Assembly: GCA_938091905.1 (NCBI GenBank)
Contig: CALKOM010000022.1
Location: 32,512-96,511, forward strand
Source: an uncultured Verrucomicrobiales bacterium
GTDB lineage: Bacteria; Verrucomicrobiota; Verrucomicrobiia; Verrucomicrobiales; DEV007
Direction: 5' to 3'
DNA: 64,000 nt
Part shown: positions 37,888-47,311 of the stretch, in pieces
Layout: every line of letters begins with the position of its first letter
How positions within the stretch are numbered: position 1 is the stretch's first letter
Made by a program: the position numbers and the translations under genes
Notes under the pieces: generated by a model
What the model saw: the letters and a program-made list of their open reading frames with translations, nothing else
Told to the model about the DNA's origin: nothing
The model's database searches: none

Positions 37888-39143
37888 ACGTAGACCTGGC
37901 GCACTTCATCTGCCAAGATGCGGATGCCTTCTTGCACAACGCTAGGTTCCTGAGAATAGGTCATGCGTAGACACTGCTGTTCGTGTGGATGGGGCTCTGA
38001 GAGGCCGAAGAAGAAGTAGTATCCTGGGACGACGAGGACGCGACGGGCTTTTAGGCGTTCGTAAAGGGCTTTACTGGTGATGGGGAGATCAGGGAAGCGG
38101 AGCCAGAGAAAGAGGGCGCCTTCTGGGCGATGGATTTCAACAGGAGTGTTTGTTTCCTGAAAGGCGCCGCGGAGCCAGTCTACGGCTTGGTTGGCACGAG
38201 TTTGATACAAGGGCCGGATGATGTCCTGACAAAGCGAGAGAATTGAGCGGTCTTCAAAGAGGCTGCGGATGAGATATTGCCCCGTATTGTTGTTGGCCAA
38301 ACTGAGAATACAGTTTGCTCCACTCATGGCTTGGATCAGCTCGGGAGGCCCGGCGACAAAGGCGGTTCGCGTTCCAGGCAGGCCTAGTTTGGATAGGCTC
38401 ATGGTGACGATAGTGTTTGGAGTCCAAACTGGTCTGACCTCTTGGAAGATGATGTTTGGGAACGGAAGGCCGTAAGCATTGTCGATGATGAGAGGGATGC
38501 CATTGGTATCTGCGAGTTCTGCCAAGCGAGCCACCTCGGTATCCGTTAGGACGTTACCGGTGGGATTCGTTGGTCGCGAAACACAGAGTGCGGCGATGCT
38601 GTCATCAATTTGGAGTCGGTCGAAATCGATCTTGTATTTGAAGAAACCATCGTCGCCGTACTCGACGAGCGGGGGCACGGCAACGAACAGTTCGGGAGCG
38701 AGTCCTTGGTTTGCGTAGCCAATGTATTCGGGAGCGAGAGGGAAGAGGATCTTCTTGTGAGAGCCATCTTGCTGAGGGCCGGCAAGCAAGTTGAAGAGAA
38801 GGAAGAAGGCGGTCTGACCTCCACCCGTCACCGCGATATTCTCGGCTTGGATGTCCCAAGCAAAGTGCTCGCGGAGAAGAGAGGCGAGGGCCTCAATGGT
38901 GGAGGCATTTCCCTGCGGAGGTTCGTACACGCTGATCATCTGATCAAATTCAGTCGAGTCGAGGATGCTCTGCATGCGCTTACGAAACACCTCGACAACT
39001 TCGGGAATGATGGCGGGATTCCCGCCTCCCATCATGAGCATGTCTCCAGAGGCCATTGCTCTGCCGAGATCATCCATCAACTCAATGATCCCACTTTGTG
39101 GTCCTAGCAGGTTACTGAAGGTCGATTCATTGAAGCCAGCCAT
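37884..39143 (-). CDS. avtA: Valine--pyruvate aminotransferase
   Basis: SGIIELMDDLG, MGGGNPA, PEYIGY, FKYKIDF, CVSRPTNPTGNV, IDNAYGLPFPNIIF, SLSKLGLPG.R, VLVVPGYYFF. Confidence 0.9.
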   Translation of the reverse strand: MAGFNESTFSNLLGPQSGIIELMDDLGRAMASGDMLMMGGGNPAIIPEVVEVFRKRMQSILDSTEFDQMISVYEPPQGNASTIEALASLLREHFAWDIQAENIAVTGGGQTAFFLLFNLLAGPQQDGSHKKILFPLAPEYIGYANQGLAPELFVAVPPLVEYGDDGFFKYKIDFDRLQIDDSIAALCVSRPTNPTGNVLTDTEVARLAELADTNGIPLIIDNAYGLPFPNIIFQEVRPVWTPNTIVTMSLSKLGLPGTRTAFVAGPPELIQAMSGANCILSLANNNTGQYLIRSLFEDRSILSLCQDIIRPLYQTRANQAVDWLRGAFQETNTPVEIHRPEGALFLWLRFPDLPITSKALYERLKARRVLVVPGYYFFFGLSEPHPHEQQCLRMTYSQEPSVVQEGIRILADEVRQVYV

Positions 39144-39212
39144 AGGACTTCACCTCGCACGTATCCGCTGTGGGAGAAAGTGAAACGTCGCGCGGAGAGC
39201 GGAGTTTGGCGT

Positions 39213-40769
39213 TCAATTCTGAAGGTAGTCTGCCCAGAAGGCTTCGGTCTGGTTTTCGTCTGGGCGGATTTCCAGGATGGCATGCTGGCAGCTAAGGCTT
39301 TCAGCCAGTCCATTTGCTTGAATAAGATGATAGTCTATTCCCCAAGCCTGAGCCCAGCTTTGGAAATCAAATTGGTGATGATTCTCGATGATCGCGGTGT
39401 CGTTAGGAGCTATCCCTTGAAAGTTGGGGAGTCTCCGGAAGATTTTGCCGCCGCCGTTGTTGATCACGACCGTGCGTGTCTGGGTATGGGGAAGTTCTGA
39501 GAGTAGGCCCGGAGCTGCGAGATCGTAAAGGGTGGTGAGATCTCCGAAGAGTCCCCAGGTTTCGCCTTGCTCCTGTCCGGCGGCCAATCCAAAGCTTGTC
39601 GCAAGATTGCCATCGATGCCGTTGGCACCACGGTTTGCATAGACTGGCCAGGGAAGCTTGCGTGCGGCGACGAGACTAAGTTCACGAATGGGAAGGCTGT
39701 TGCCAACGAATAGCTGCGCGTCTATTGGAATATATGTTAGTAATGCGCGCAGCTGTGCAGGTTCACTATGAGGATATTGTGAGAGGAGGCGTTCAAGGTG
39801 AGCCGCTTGAGCCGCTTCGATCTCTTTCCAGTCGGTGAGGGTGTTTTGGGAGCTGGCTTCGAAGCAGCCAGGCGCGTATTCAAAGAGCATGGAGTGGCAG
39901 GCGAGGCCGCTGAACGGCCGATTGGAGAGTGAGAGAACATCAATGTTAGCCTGTGTTTCCAAGTCGCGCCAGAACCGGAAACTGGGGACACCACCGAGCC
40001 GAAGTACCTTTCCAAGCTCAAGTTGCTGGGCCGTGCGGTCGCCGCCGCGAAGGATGAGATGGGCTAGGGATGGCTCTGCGTGCAATCCTGATGTGGCATC
40101 CGCGAGGATGGGTGCGTTAAGAGATGCTAGTGTTGCGACGAGTTTGGGGTCCGGGGTGAGGCAGCCTGCGATGACCAAGAGTGGGGTCGGCTTTTCCAAG
40201 AATCGTTCGAGTGCTAGGAAGTCGCTGGCTTGTTGGTGGTTTGGTGCAGGGCGATGCCGGTCCGTCCATTTGAGATGGATCTCTGGAATTTCTTTGCCGG
40301 GTTCCTCTAAGCAAACGTTGAGATGGAGTGGACTCCTTACTTCATCTGTGGCTGCTCCGAACGAGCGAACGTCATCATCTGATTCCAAATCATAGGTTTC
40401 GGCATACACGCTAAAGAGTTCAGATTGCTCGATTGCTTGAGGAGCACCGCTGCCACGATAGCGAATGGGACGATCGGCAGTGATCATTACTAAGGGACGC
40501 TCTTGGTAGTGAGCTTCAATGACGGCGGGAAGCAGTTCAGCTGCAGCCGTGCCTGAGGTGGTGATGATCGCTACAGGGTATGGTTGTGAAAGCGTTCGGC
40601 CAAGAGCAAAGAAAGCGGCGCTGCGTTCCTCAAAGAATGAGTAGAGCTCAACCTGATCTCGGTGTTGGAGTAAGCCGTGCACGAGATCGCTGTTGCGTGA
40701 GCCTGCACAGACGACAAACTCGCGAACGCCAAGGTTCACACAGGCTTGCAAGACGCTCTGAGCGATCAT
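39213..40769 (-). CDS. menD: SEPHCHC synthase (menaquinone biosynthesis)
   Basis: CAGSRN, EERSAAFFALG, TTSGTAAAEL, TADRP, NSLPIR, NRGANGIDG, GDL...INNGGG.IF; start moved to MIAQ. Confidence 0.92.
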   Translation of the reverse strand: MIAQSVLQACVNLGVREFVVCAGSRNSDLVHGLLQHRDQVELYSFFEERSAAFFALGRTLSQPYPVAIITTSGTAAAELLPAVIEAHYQERPLVMITADRPIRYRGSGAPQAIEQSELFSVYAETYDLESDDDVRSFGAATDEVRSPLHLNVCLEEPGKEIPEIHLKWTDRHRPAPNHQQASDFLALERFLEKPTPLLVIAGCLTPDPKLVATLASLNAPILADATSGLHAEPSLAHLILRGGDRTAQQLELGKVLRLGGVPSFRFWRDLETQANIDVLSLSNRPFSGLACHSMLFEYAPGCFEASSQNTLTDWKEIEAAQAAHLERLLSQYPHSEPAQLRALLTYIPIDAQLFVGNSLPIRELSLVAARKLPWPVYANRGANGIDGNLATSFGLAAGQEQGETWGLFGDLTTLYDLAAPGLLSELPHTQTRTVVINNGGGKIFRRLPNFQGIAPNDTAIIENHHQFDFQSWAQAWGIDYHLIQANGLAESLSCQHAILEIRPDENQTEAFWADYLQN

Positions 40770-40773
40770 GCGA

Positions 40774-41787
40774 CTAAGCTTGGAGACTGAGGAGCTGTTT
40801 GACCACGCTTCGTTTGAGGGCCAACTCGCTCCACTCGGAATCCAGGTCGCTTTCGCGAATGAGGCCGCAGCCGGCGGGGAGAAAGACGTTGTCACCGGTC
40901 CATGAGAGCTGACGGATGGTGACCACGGCTTGGAAAGTTCCTTTATCCCACCAGCCAAAGGGTGCGGCGAACGTTGAGGGCGGGCTTAGTTGCTGGCGGA
41001 TACGCTCATGGATAGCGCCGACTTTGTCCGAGCGCGGGAGGAAGCCAACGGCGGGGGTCGGGTGGAGTTGCCGAATCAGAGTGTTGAGATCGATCGGCCC
41101 GCTCAGCTTTTTCCGGAGGCGAGTGATGAAGTGGAGGAGGCCATTGAGTTCTAGAATTCCACGATCCGCTTGCTCTACCTGGCCTCCGAGTGAAGCGCGG
41201 ATACCATCGATCACGAGTGCATGCTCCCTGATTTGCTTGGGATCACAAGCAAACTGGTCTCGATCTGCTGGTGGGGCCGTTCCTGCGAGAGCCATGGTCT
41301 GGAGGACGCCGTCAGAAAGATTAAGAAGGCTTTCTGGAGTGGCGCCGATGACCCCTCCACGGGAATCCCAACGACCGTAGGCTTGGGCTTTCGTTCCAGA
41401 GTGCCCGAGGGCGGCTGAGGCTAGGCTTCGCAGGTCCCCAGCGATTCGTTTGCCACGCTCAGTTACTACGGGGACCATCTTTTCTAGCTTGGCCCCATTG
41501 GCGAACGCTTTGGTAAGCGTTCGAAAGGCGGTGGAGAATGGGGCTCGGTCAACGGGTGACCATTCGATTTTAGGGGTGGTGGCCTTGATGAACTTGTCCA
41601 GATTCGAGACGAAAGTCACCCGGGCCGGAATCTTCCAGGGGGTTGATCCAGAAAGCTGGAAGTCGTTCCAATAGAAAGCATTGCCCGATTTGGGGGCTTC
41701 AGACACACCCTTGAATGGGCCTTCACCCACGACAACCTTTTCAGGGCCGAGCTGGAGGAAAGCGATGTCTGGATTGGCGGCGTTCAC
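40774..41787 (-). CDS. menF: Isochorismate synthase
   Basis: GATPESL, TMALAGT, KQIREH, LHPTPAVG, AGCGLI.ES...EW.EL..K; directly upstream of menD. Confidence 0.85.
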   Translation of the reverse strand: MNAANPDIAFLQLGPEKVVVGEGPFKGVSEAPKSGNAFYWNDFQLSGSTPWKIPARVTFVSNLDKFIKATTPKIEWSPVDRAPFSTAFRTLTKAFANGAKLEKMVPVVTERGKRIAGDLRSLASAALGHSGTKAQAYGRWDSRGGVIGATPESLLNLSDGVLQTMALAGTAPPADRDQFACDPKQIREHALVIDGIRASLGGQVEQADRGILELNGLLHFITRLRKKLSGPIDLNTLIRQLHPTPAVGFLPRSDKVGAIHERIRQQLSPPSTFAAPFGWWDKGTFQAVVTIRQLSWTGDNVFLPAGCGLIRESDLDSEWSELALKRSVVKQLLSLQA

Positions 41788-41961
41788 GTGGAGTTTTAGT
41801 TGTAGATGGGGGGAGTCAGAGTCTCAACGAACAACCTTCTTCCTTTCACCTTTCGTTTTAGGATACGATTTCTGCTCAACAAGGGGTTGATCTGCGAATC
41901 AGTCTCTTCATCTTGGCGGACCCGCCGAGAGATTGGGCGAGGTGCTGATCGACACGACCGC

Positions 41962-42597
41962 ATGAAGGACGCCGACGCCACACCACCCAGCTCAGAGTCG
42001 TCAAAAGACGATGTCGAGGATCCCAATGTCCAGGATGTGGAAGACATGCTGCGGGTGAAAGAAGGCGATGTTCCTTCGTTTGAGGCCCTCGTGGCGCGAC
42101 ATAAGTCGAGTGTGATCGGTACGATCTATCGGATGTTGGGTGATCTCGACGAGTCTCATGATCTCGCACAGCGGGTTTTCATCCGGGTGTGGTCCTCGGC
42201 ACCGCGTTATCAGCCAAGTGCGAAGTTCACTACCTGGCTCTTTACGATCACGAAAAACCTGGTTTACAACGAAAGCAGACGTCGAAAGCGCCGTCCGCAT
42301 TATTCGCTGGAGGCCCAGGAGGAGGAGTTTCATCTCGCCATGCCTGACACGTCCGTTGTGGAGCCAGGCGACGCTTTGCTCCATCAGGAGATGCAGCAGG
42401 CCATTGATGCAGCCATGGAGAAGCTACCGGAGCGTCAGCGCATGGCCTTAGTGTTAAGACGATTTGAGCACCTTCCGTATGATGAGATCGCAAAGACGAT
42501 GGATCTTACGGTGTCTTCGGTGAAGAGCTTGCTCTTCCGTGCGCGACTACAGCTGCGTGAAGAGCTGAGGAGCTACCTTGAGGAAGACGAGACTTAG
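41962..42597 (+). CDS. ECF RNA polymerase sigma factor (RpoE/SigW-like)
   Basis: GD..SFEALV, DLAQRVFIRVW, KFTTWLFTI, LPERQRMALVLR...YDEIA..SVKSLLFRAR. Confidence 0.92.
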   Translation: MKDADATPPSSESSKDDVEDPNVQDVEDMLRVKEGDVPSFEALVARHKSSVIGTIYRMLGDLDESHDLAQRVFIRVWSSAPRYQPSAKFTTWLFTITKNLVYNESRRRKRRPHYSLEAQEEEFHLAMPDTSVVEPGDALLHQEMQQAIDAAMEKLPERQRMALVLRRFEHLPYDEIAKTMDLTVSSVKSLLFRARLQLREELRSYLEEDET

Positions 42598-43260
42598 TTG
42601 TTCTCATACACGAGGGTGCCGTTTGCGTAATCGAGGTAGGAGGCCGCGCCGCTTTGCTCCTGACTCGAAAGATTGGCGACTAGAGAGCCACCAACGCCGC
42701 CACTCACTAGGAAATTGATGGCAGCGGATTTGCTTCCAGCGGTGGGAATCGTCGTGTCTCCAACCGAGATGGCTGCAGCGGCGGCTCCTTCGAGGAGGCG
42801 GGCATTCCATTTGTTGCGCTCTTCTTCAGGATCAGGAGTGCTCGCTGGGTCCATAATTTCCGGAGCGTCGGTGATCGGATTGACCCGGTTGCCTCCCGTG
42901 AGGGTAAGTCCACCTGCAGCCGGGTCGTAGGTTAAGTAATGTGATGCTTCGAGTGGTCGTCTTGTGAGAGTCCAGCAAGGCTAACCCGAGCCACTCCAGA
43001 GCCGTCTTCTAGTGAGGAGCCCGAGCATAGATACGATAACAGGGCGGGTTTGCTTTTGAGATTTCTAAAGATGGGATCACTCGTGGCCTGAGCGGCTGAG
43101 GCGACCGAGGCAAGCATCTGCGCATAATGCTTTGCTGAGGTCTTCTCTGCGTGTTCAGTAAGTGCCGAAATGGCGGGTAGAATGATCAACGTGGTCGCCC
43201 CGATGATCGCGATCACGACCAACATCTCATTGATAGAGAAGCCTGAGGCTCTGGAAGACG
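42594..43260 (-). pseudogene. Type IV pilin-like protein with a duplicated globular domain; frameshifted, with no in-frame start
   Basis: G|FSINEMLVVIAIIG cleavage motif; a one-base shift at about 42955 joins LSQDD to LEASHYLTYD...MDP...; no ATG/GTG/TTG in frame upstream of the cleavage site. Confidence 0.72.
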
Positions 43261-43290
43261 ATCGTTGATAAATGGGGAGGAAGCGTGAGC

Positions 43291-43339
43291 AATTATATAA
43301 ATTATTAATTTATGGAATAAAATTATAATTAATATAATT
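43291..43339. promoter_or_regulatory. AT-rich imperfect palindrome in a divergent intergenic region
   Basis: aattatataaattattaattt-atggaat-aaaattataattaatataatt; only 2 G/C in 49 nt. Confidence 0.5.
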
Positions 43340-43449
43340 CGACGATTCTATCATCAATCGTTCTCATGCTTGATGAGCTGGCCTGGGGCCAAGACCGAGC
43401 TGGGGGAGAGCGTTTCTTGCAATCAGCCGCGACGCCGCTTCCTTGGCCC

Positions 43450-44817
43450 ATGGCTGAATCCATGCGCCCGAAGACAGAGGAGAAGGTCCTCGCAATCAAC
43501 CTAGATTCCTCGAAATACGGTTCGTTTGCTGAAATAGGTGCTGGGCAGGAGGTGGCGAATTGGTTTTTCCGGTCGAGTGCAACTGCTGGAACCGTCGCAA
43601 AGGCTATGTCTGCCTACGACATGACTTTTTCCGATAGCATCTACGGGAATTGCCAGCGTTACGTTTCTCGGAGCCGGATGATCCAGATGCTCGATCATGA
43701 ATATGAGATATTGTTAGAAAGATTGGCTGTTCCTCGTGGCGAAGAAACGACTTTCTTTGCCTTTGCCAACACGGTCCGTGCGATGCCCTTTGATGGGAAA
43801 GGGGAGTGCCATGGATGGCTTGGCGTTCGTTTGCAGTTGGCTCCATTGTCTAAGCCACACGATGTTCTCATTCACGTTCGCATGCTGGATCGCGAGAACG
43901 TCGATCAGATGGAGGCGCTTGGCATCGTGGGGGTCAATCTAATCTATGCCGCGTTCTTTTATCGCGACAATCTAGCGCTGCTTACGAAGTCCCTTATCGA
44001 TGGTTTGGGCAAGGAACGTGTGGAGATTGATATGCTCAAGTTTGCCGGTCCCGGATTTGAGCATATCGACAATCGACTTTGCGCGCTTGAGCTTGTCGCG
44101 AATAAACTCACGGACGCTGCGATGTTCACCCCCACTGGCGAAGTCGTACAGCCAGCGGAGATACTTTATAAAAAACCGGTTCTCCTGATTCGTGGAGCGT
44201 TCCACCCGGTTACCAGAGTGCATCTCGACATGTTAGACCAGGCGCGCGAGGCGTTTGCCTCCGAGTTGGGTGAAGATAGCAAGGACCCGCTGGAAATCAT
44301 GGAAACGACCATGGATAACCTGTTGGTAACAGGCACGGTAGACAAGGAAGAGTTTCTTCGCCGATCAGATGTGATGCAGGCTCTGGGTAAGACCGTTTTG
44401 ATATCACGCTTTGCAGAGTTCTATCGGATCACTTGTTATCTGGCGCGCTACACCGATCAGCCTACAGGTATCACCTTGGGCGCTGCGTTGCTAGAAGAGA
44501 TCTTCAATGAGAAATGGTATGACGACCTCGAAGGCGGTACCTTGGAAGCCATGGGCAAGCTTTTCATGAAGCACGTCAAGCTCTACGTCTACCCTGGTAG
44601 GAACGATGGAGAACTATTGAATACGGATAATGTGACACTCGTGGAGCATTTGCGAGGAATCTTTAAGCACCTGAAAGAGCTTAACCAGATTGTTCCGTTA
44701 GAGAGTCAGTGTCCAGATTTGTTAGATTACACGCCGTCTGATGTGCGTGCCATGCGTGAGATTGATGACGAGCGCTGGTTGGATCTAGTGCCACCTGAAG
44801 CAGGAGGTCGTGGATAG
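43450..44817 (+). CDS. Conserved protein with a C-terminal nicotinate-nucleotide adenylyltransferase-like domain
   Basis: YGSFAEIGAGQEVA.WFF...AKAMSAYDM..SD.IYG family signature; RGAFHPVTRVHLDM resembles the class I nucleotidyltransferase (T/H)xxH motif. Confidence 0.75.
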   Translation: MAESMRPKTEEKVLAINLDSSKYGSFAEIGAGQEVANWFFRSSATAGTVAKAMSAYDMTFSDSIYGNCQRYVSRSRMIQMLDHEYEILLERLAVPRGEETTFFAFANTVRAMPFDGKGECHGWLGVRLQLAPLSKPHDVLIHVRMLDRENVDQMEALGIVGVNLIYAAFFYRDNLALLTKSLIDGLGKERVEIDMLKFAGPGFEHIDNRLCALELVANKLTDAAMFTPTGEVVQPAEILYKKPVLLIRGAFHPVTRVHLDMLDQAREAFASELGEDSKDPLEIMETTMDNLLVTGTVDKEEFLRRSDVMQALGKTVLISRFAEFYRITCYLARYTDQPTGITLGAALLEEIFNEKWYDDLEGGTLEAMGKLFMKHVKLYVYPGRNDGELLNTDNVTLVEHLRGIFKHLKELNQIVPLESQCPDLLDYTPSDVRAMREIDDERWLDLVPPEAGGRG

Positions 44818-44844
44818 ACTCTTTATTTTAAGAGTAACGATAGT

Positions 44845-45636
44845 CTATCTGCGCGTACGCTTGCTTAGCTGGTTTAGCACTTCTCTAGAAAAGCCTGGGC
44901 CCGGGCAAGCTGGGGCTGTGGATTCCAATTGTCGGTGGGTGACCACTTCCAGCGATCCCAATTGAGCCCGGAGGTAGGCGGTTAGCTCATCAAGAGCTCT
45001 CCACTGTGCCCGATTTGGACCTGTCTCGGTAAAGTCACCGATGAGGCAGACGCTGAGTGAGGCTGCATTCACTTCGTCAATTTTCATGGTAGCGCTGGGT
45101 AGTTGCTCATGCCAGCGAGAACCCAATGTGATCTCGCCATTTCCAGAAAAGGAGCCATTCCCGATGACCATGTGGTAGGCGCCATTCGAGAGGCGGGTGT
45201 CCCGCTGGGCGTGATAGGCATTGAGGAGTGCTGCATTCCCTGTTGTGCTCCCACTAGCATGGACGGCGAGGCGTCGCCAACGGTGGTTGCTTTCAGTGGC
45301 GATCACAGTGCGGATCTGGTGGCGGAGATTGGCCGACAGATAGTGCCAGCGAGTCCGCGTCTGCTCGAATGGAGCTACCCCATTTGAGGACTTGCGGACA
45401 ATGATGGATGGAAGGTGAGATTCTGCGCCGATCGGGTCAGGGAGCTCTGCCTGAACGCCCAGCTGCCCGCGATCAAATTCCAGGAAAGCGCTCCTGCGAT
45501 CTAGGAATTCTGCATTGTTTGCGTTTCCTCCGAGACCACCCAGTAGGAAGCCAGAAGACTCCTCGCGACCAGGATGCCACAGAACGAGCGCTCCCAGGAG
45601 CACGAGCGCTGGAATAAGACGGTAGTTCGGCGACAT
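44845..45636 (-). CDS. N-acetylmuramoyl-L-alanine amidase (Amidase_2/PGRP-like)
   Basis: N-terminal hydrophobic segment; LAVHAS, AYHMVIGNG, VCLIGDF, VVTHRQL...ACPG zinc ligands. Confidence 0.85.
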   Translation of the reverse strand: MSPNYRLIPALVLLGALVLWHPGREESSGFLLGGLGGNANNAEFLDRRSAFLEFDRGQLGVQAELPDPIGAESHLPSIIVRKSSNGVAPFEQTRTRWHYLSANLRHQIRTVIATESNHRWRRLAVHASGSTTGNAALLNAYHAQRDTRLSNGAYHMVIGNGSFSGNGEITLGSRWHEQLPSATMKIDEVNAASLSVCLIGDFTETGPNRAQWRALDELTAYLRAQLGSLEVVTHRQLESTAPACPGPGFSREVLNQLSKRTRR

Positions 45637-45697
45637 GAGTTAGTTAACATGTCTTAACCAATCTGATTCGACAACCGAATATCCTAGCCGGAAAGTA

Positions 45698-46592
45698 TCA
45701 AGGTTCAGGGGGGCTTGTGATTCGAAAGAACGCCGTATTCAGGCCCGCCGTGCTGGCTCGTAGCTCGAAGGTGCTATCCATGTCGATGGTCGCTTCCACG
45801 ATGGGCATCCAGCTTGGAGGAACTAGATCAAGCGCGCGCTCTAGCACATAGGTTGTCCCGGGTTCAGTCAGGATCGTGATGGCCACTTCTTTGGTTTCAT
45901 GATCAAATCGATAGTCGAGAAGAGGTATCTCGATAGGCGCAGGGAGTGCGTAGGTGATTTCGAGCAATGATGCATCTGACAAGTTCTCTTTCGCGGCATT
46001 TCGCCGAGCCGTCTTGGAAGTATCTTCTGACTGCGAGAGCAAGATCCAACCATGGTTGGATCCTGCTTTTCCCCTCATTGACTCAACATCGGCGAGGTGG
46101 ATCTCGGAGAAAGGAATCACGTAGGAGCCATTGTTAACAATGAAGACGCTACCGCCTACCTCTGAACCAACGGTCGCTTCCGCTATGATTCCAAGCGGCC
46201 CGCCATCTTTTGCTGGTGAACCTTACGGCAGTTCAACTGGATGGGTGCCCCCGTTCCAGTGCAGCAAGCACTCGGTTGAGAGCAAACGCTGACAACTGCG
46301 CCCCGGAGGGTGTCCTCACCACAGTGAACTGCAATTGCACAGGCTGAATGATCGCGCTCGCGGGGAGCTGGCTATCAATGTCAAAACAAGAGAGGATTCG
46401 AGATCGAGCTTGATTTCCGAGCGGGCCAAGAATTCCGGCCGCCAATTCGCTTTCTCCTCCAAAGTTGAAGATGGGATCCAACTCTCAGAGAGACGTATCA
46501 TCAAAGGATAGACCCGTAGACGTCTCTGCAAACGCAAGCGAGGCTGCGCAGAGACTAGATGTTAGGATGGCAACAGCTAGGCATCTGCCCAT
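45698..46592 (-). pseudogene. Secreted DNRLRE-like domain protein with verrucomicrobial C-terminal motif, disrupted
   Basis: Signal peptide from ATG 46592; DTSL*ELDP.FNFGG (TGA 46485-46487); RSRIL..FDI..QLP; second stop at 46233 and a frame change; tail YVLERALDL...W...AFFRI. Confidence 0.7.
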
Positions 46593-46594
46593 GG

Positions 46595-47293
46595 CTATTC
46601 ATTGCCGGGAGCATCCGGCTCGACGCTCTTGATCCTGATGTTCTTAATGGCGGCCTTCGTTTGGAATGTTGCGATGCCGATAGGTACACATTCTTCGATT
46701 TCTCCGAAACGCATCCCCATGCGGCGTCCTGTGTGCAACAGCTTCACGACCTGCTTCTTGTCAATCCACGCATCTAAGCGGGTGTCGGTTACGCGAACGC
46801 GCAAATTATACCACTGCTTGTCTTCAAGTTTCTGTACGGAACCGGTGGAGTTCTCGGAAGCATCCATGTCATCAATGCTAGAAATGCCCACCAGAGCGCC
46901 TCCCCATCCGCCTACAACGAACGTGCTGTGAGAACCTGCGATCGGAAAGGTGAGGGCGCAGAAGAAATCAACGCCATCGATGCGCTGCGCGTCTAATGAA
47001 ATTTCATAATTGGACTTGTAGGGAACCTCACCATCCCATTTTAAGCCGGTCAGGAGTTCTCCCATATACAGAATAATCTCACCATCTTCGACTTCGATGT
47101 CCCCGGTGCCACCAAACTCGATCTTCTTCCAGCCTTTAAGAGATTCTCCGTCGAACAAAGGCTTGCCAGATTTCTTTGTCGTTTCGGGCGTTGCCTTGTT
47201 TGCAGTTTTGCTTGTTTCAGCTTCCTGTGCTCCACAAGAAACGAGGAAACTGAGCGAAAGGAGCGTACTGAGGGTGAAAAAGCGCATAATCAT
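46595..47293 (-). CDS. DUF1080 (3-keto-disaccharide hydrolase-like) lipoprotein
   Basis: Lipobox LVSC; PLFDGESLKGW, DFFCALTFP, GGWGG.LVGISSID, WYNLRVRV. Confidence 0.85.
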   Translation of the reverse strand: MIMRFFTLSTLLSLSFLVSCGAQEAETSKTANKATPETTKKSGKPLFDGESLKGWKKIEFGGTGDIEVEDGEIILYMGELLTGLKWDGEVPYKSNYEISLDAQRIDGVDFFCALTFPIAGSHSTFVVGGWGGALVGISSIDDMDASENSTGSVQKLEDKQWYNLRVRVTDTRLDAWIDKKQVVKLLHTGRRMGMRFGEIEECVPIGIATFQTKAAIKNIRIKSVEPDAPGNE

Positions 47294-47311
47294 AAATTTT
47301 TAAATGGGTGA

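Noticed and set aside
43450..44817. TonB-dependent receptor label that I recall being attached to this family
   Set aside because: It has no signal peptide, no beta-barrel pattern and no C-terminal Phe; the sequence looks like a soluble alpha/beta enzyme.
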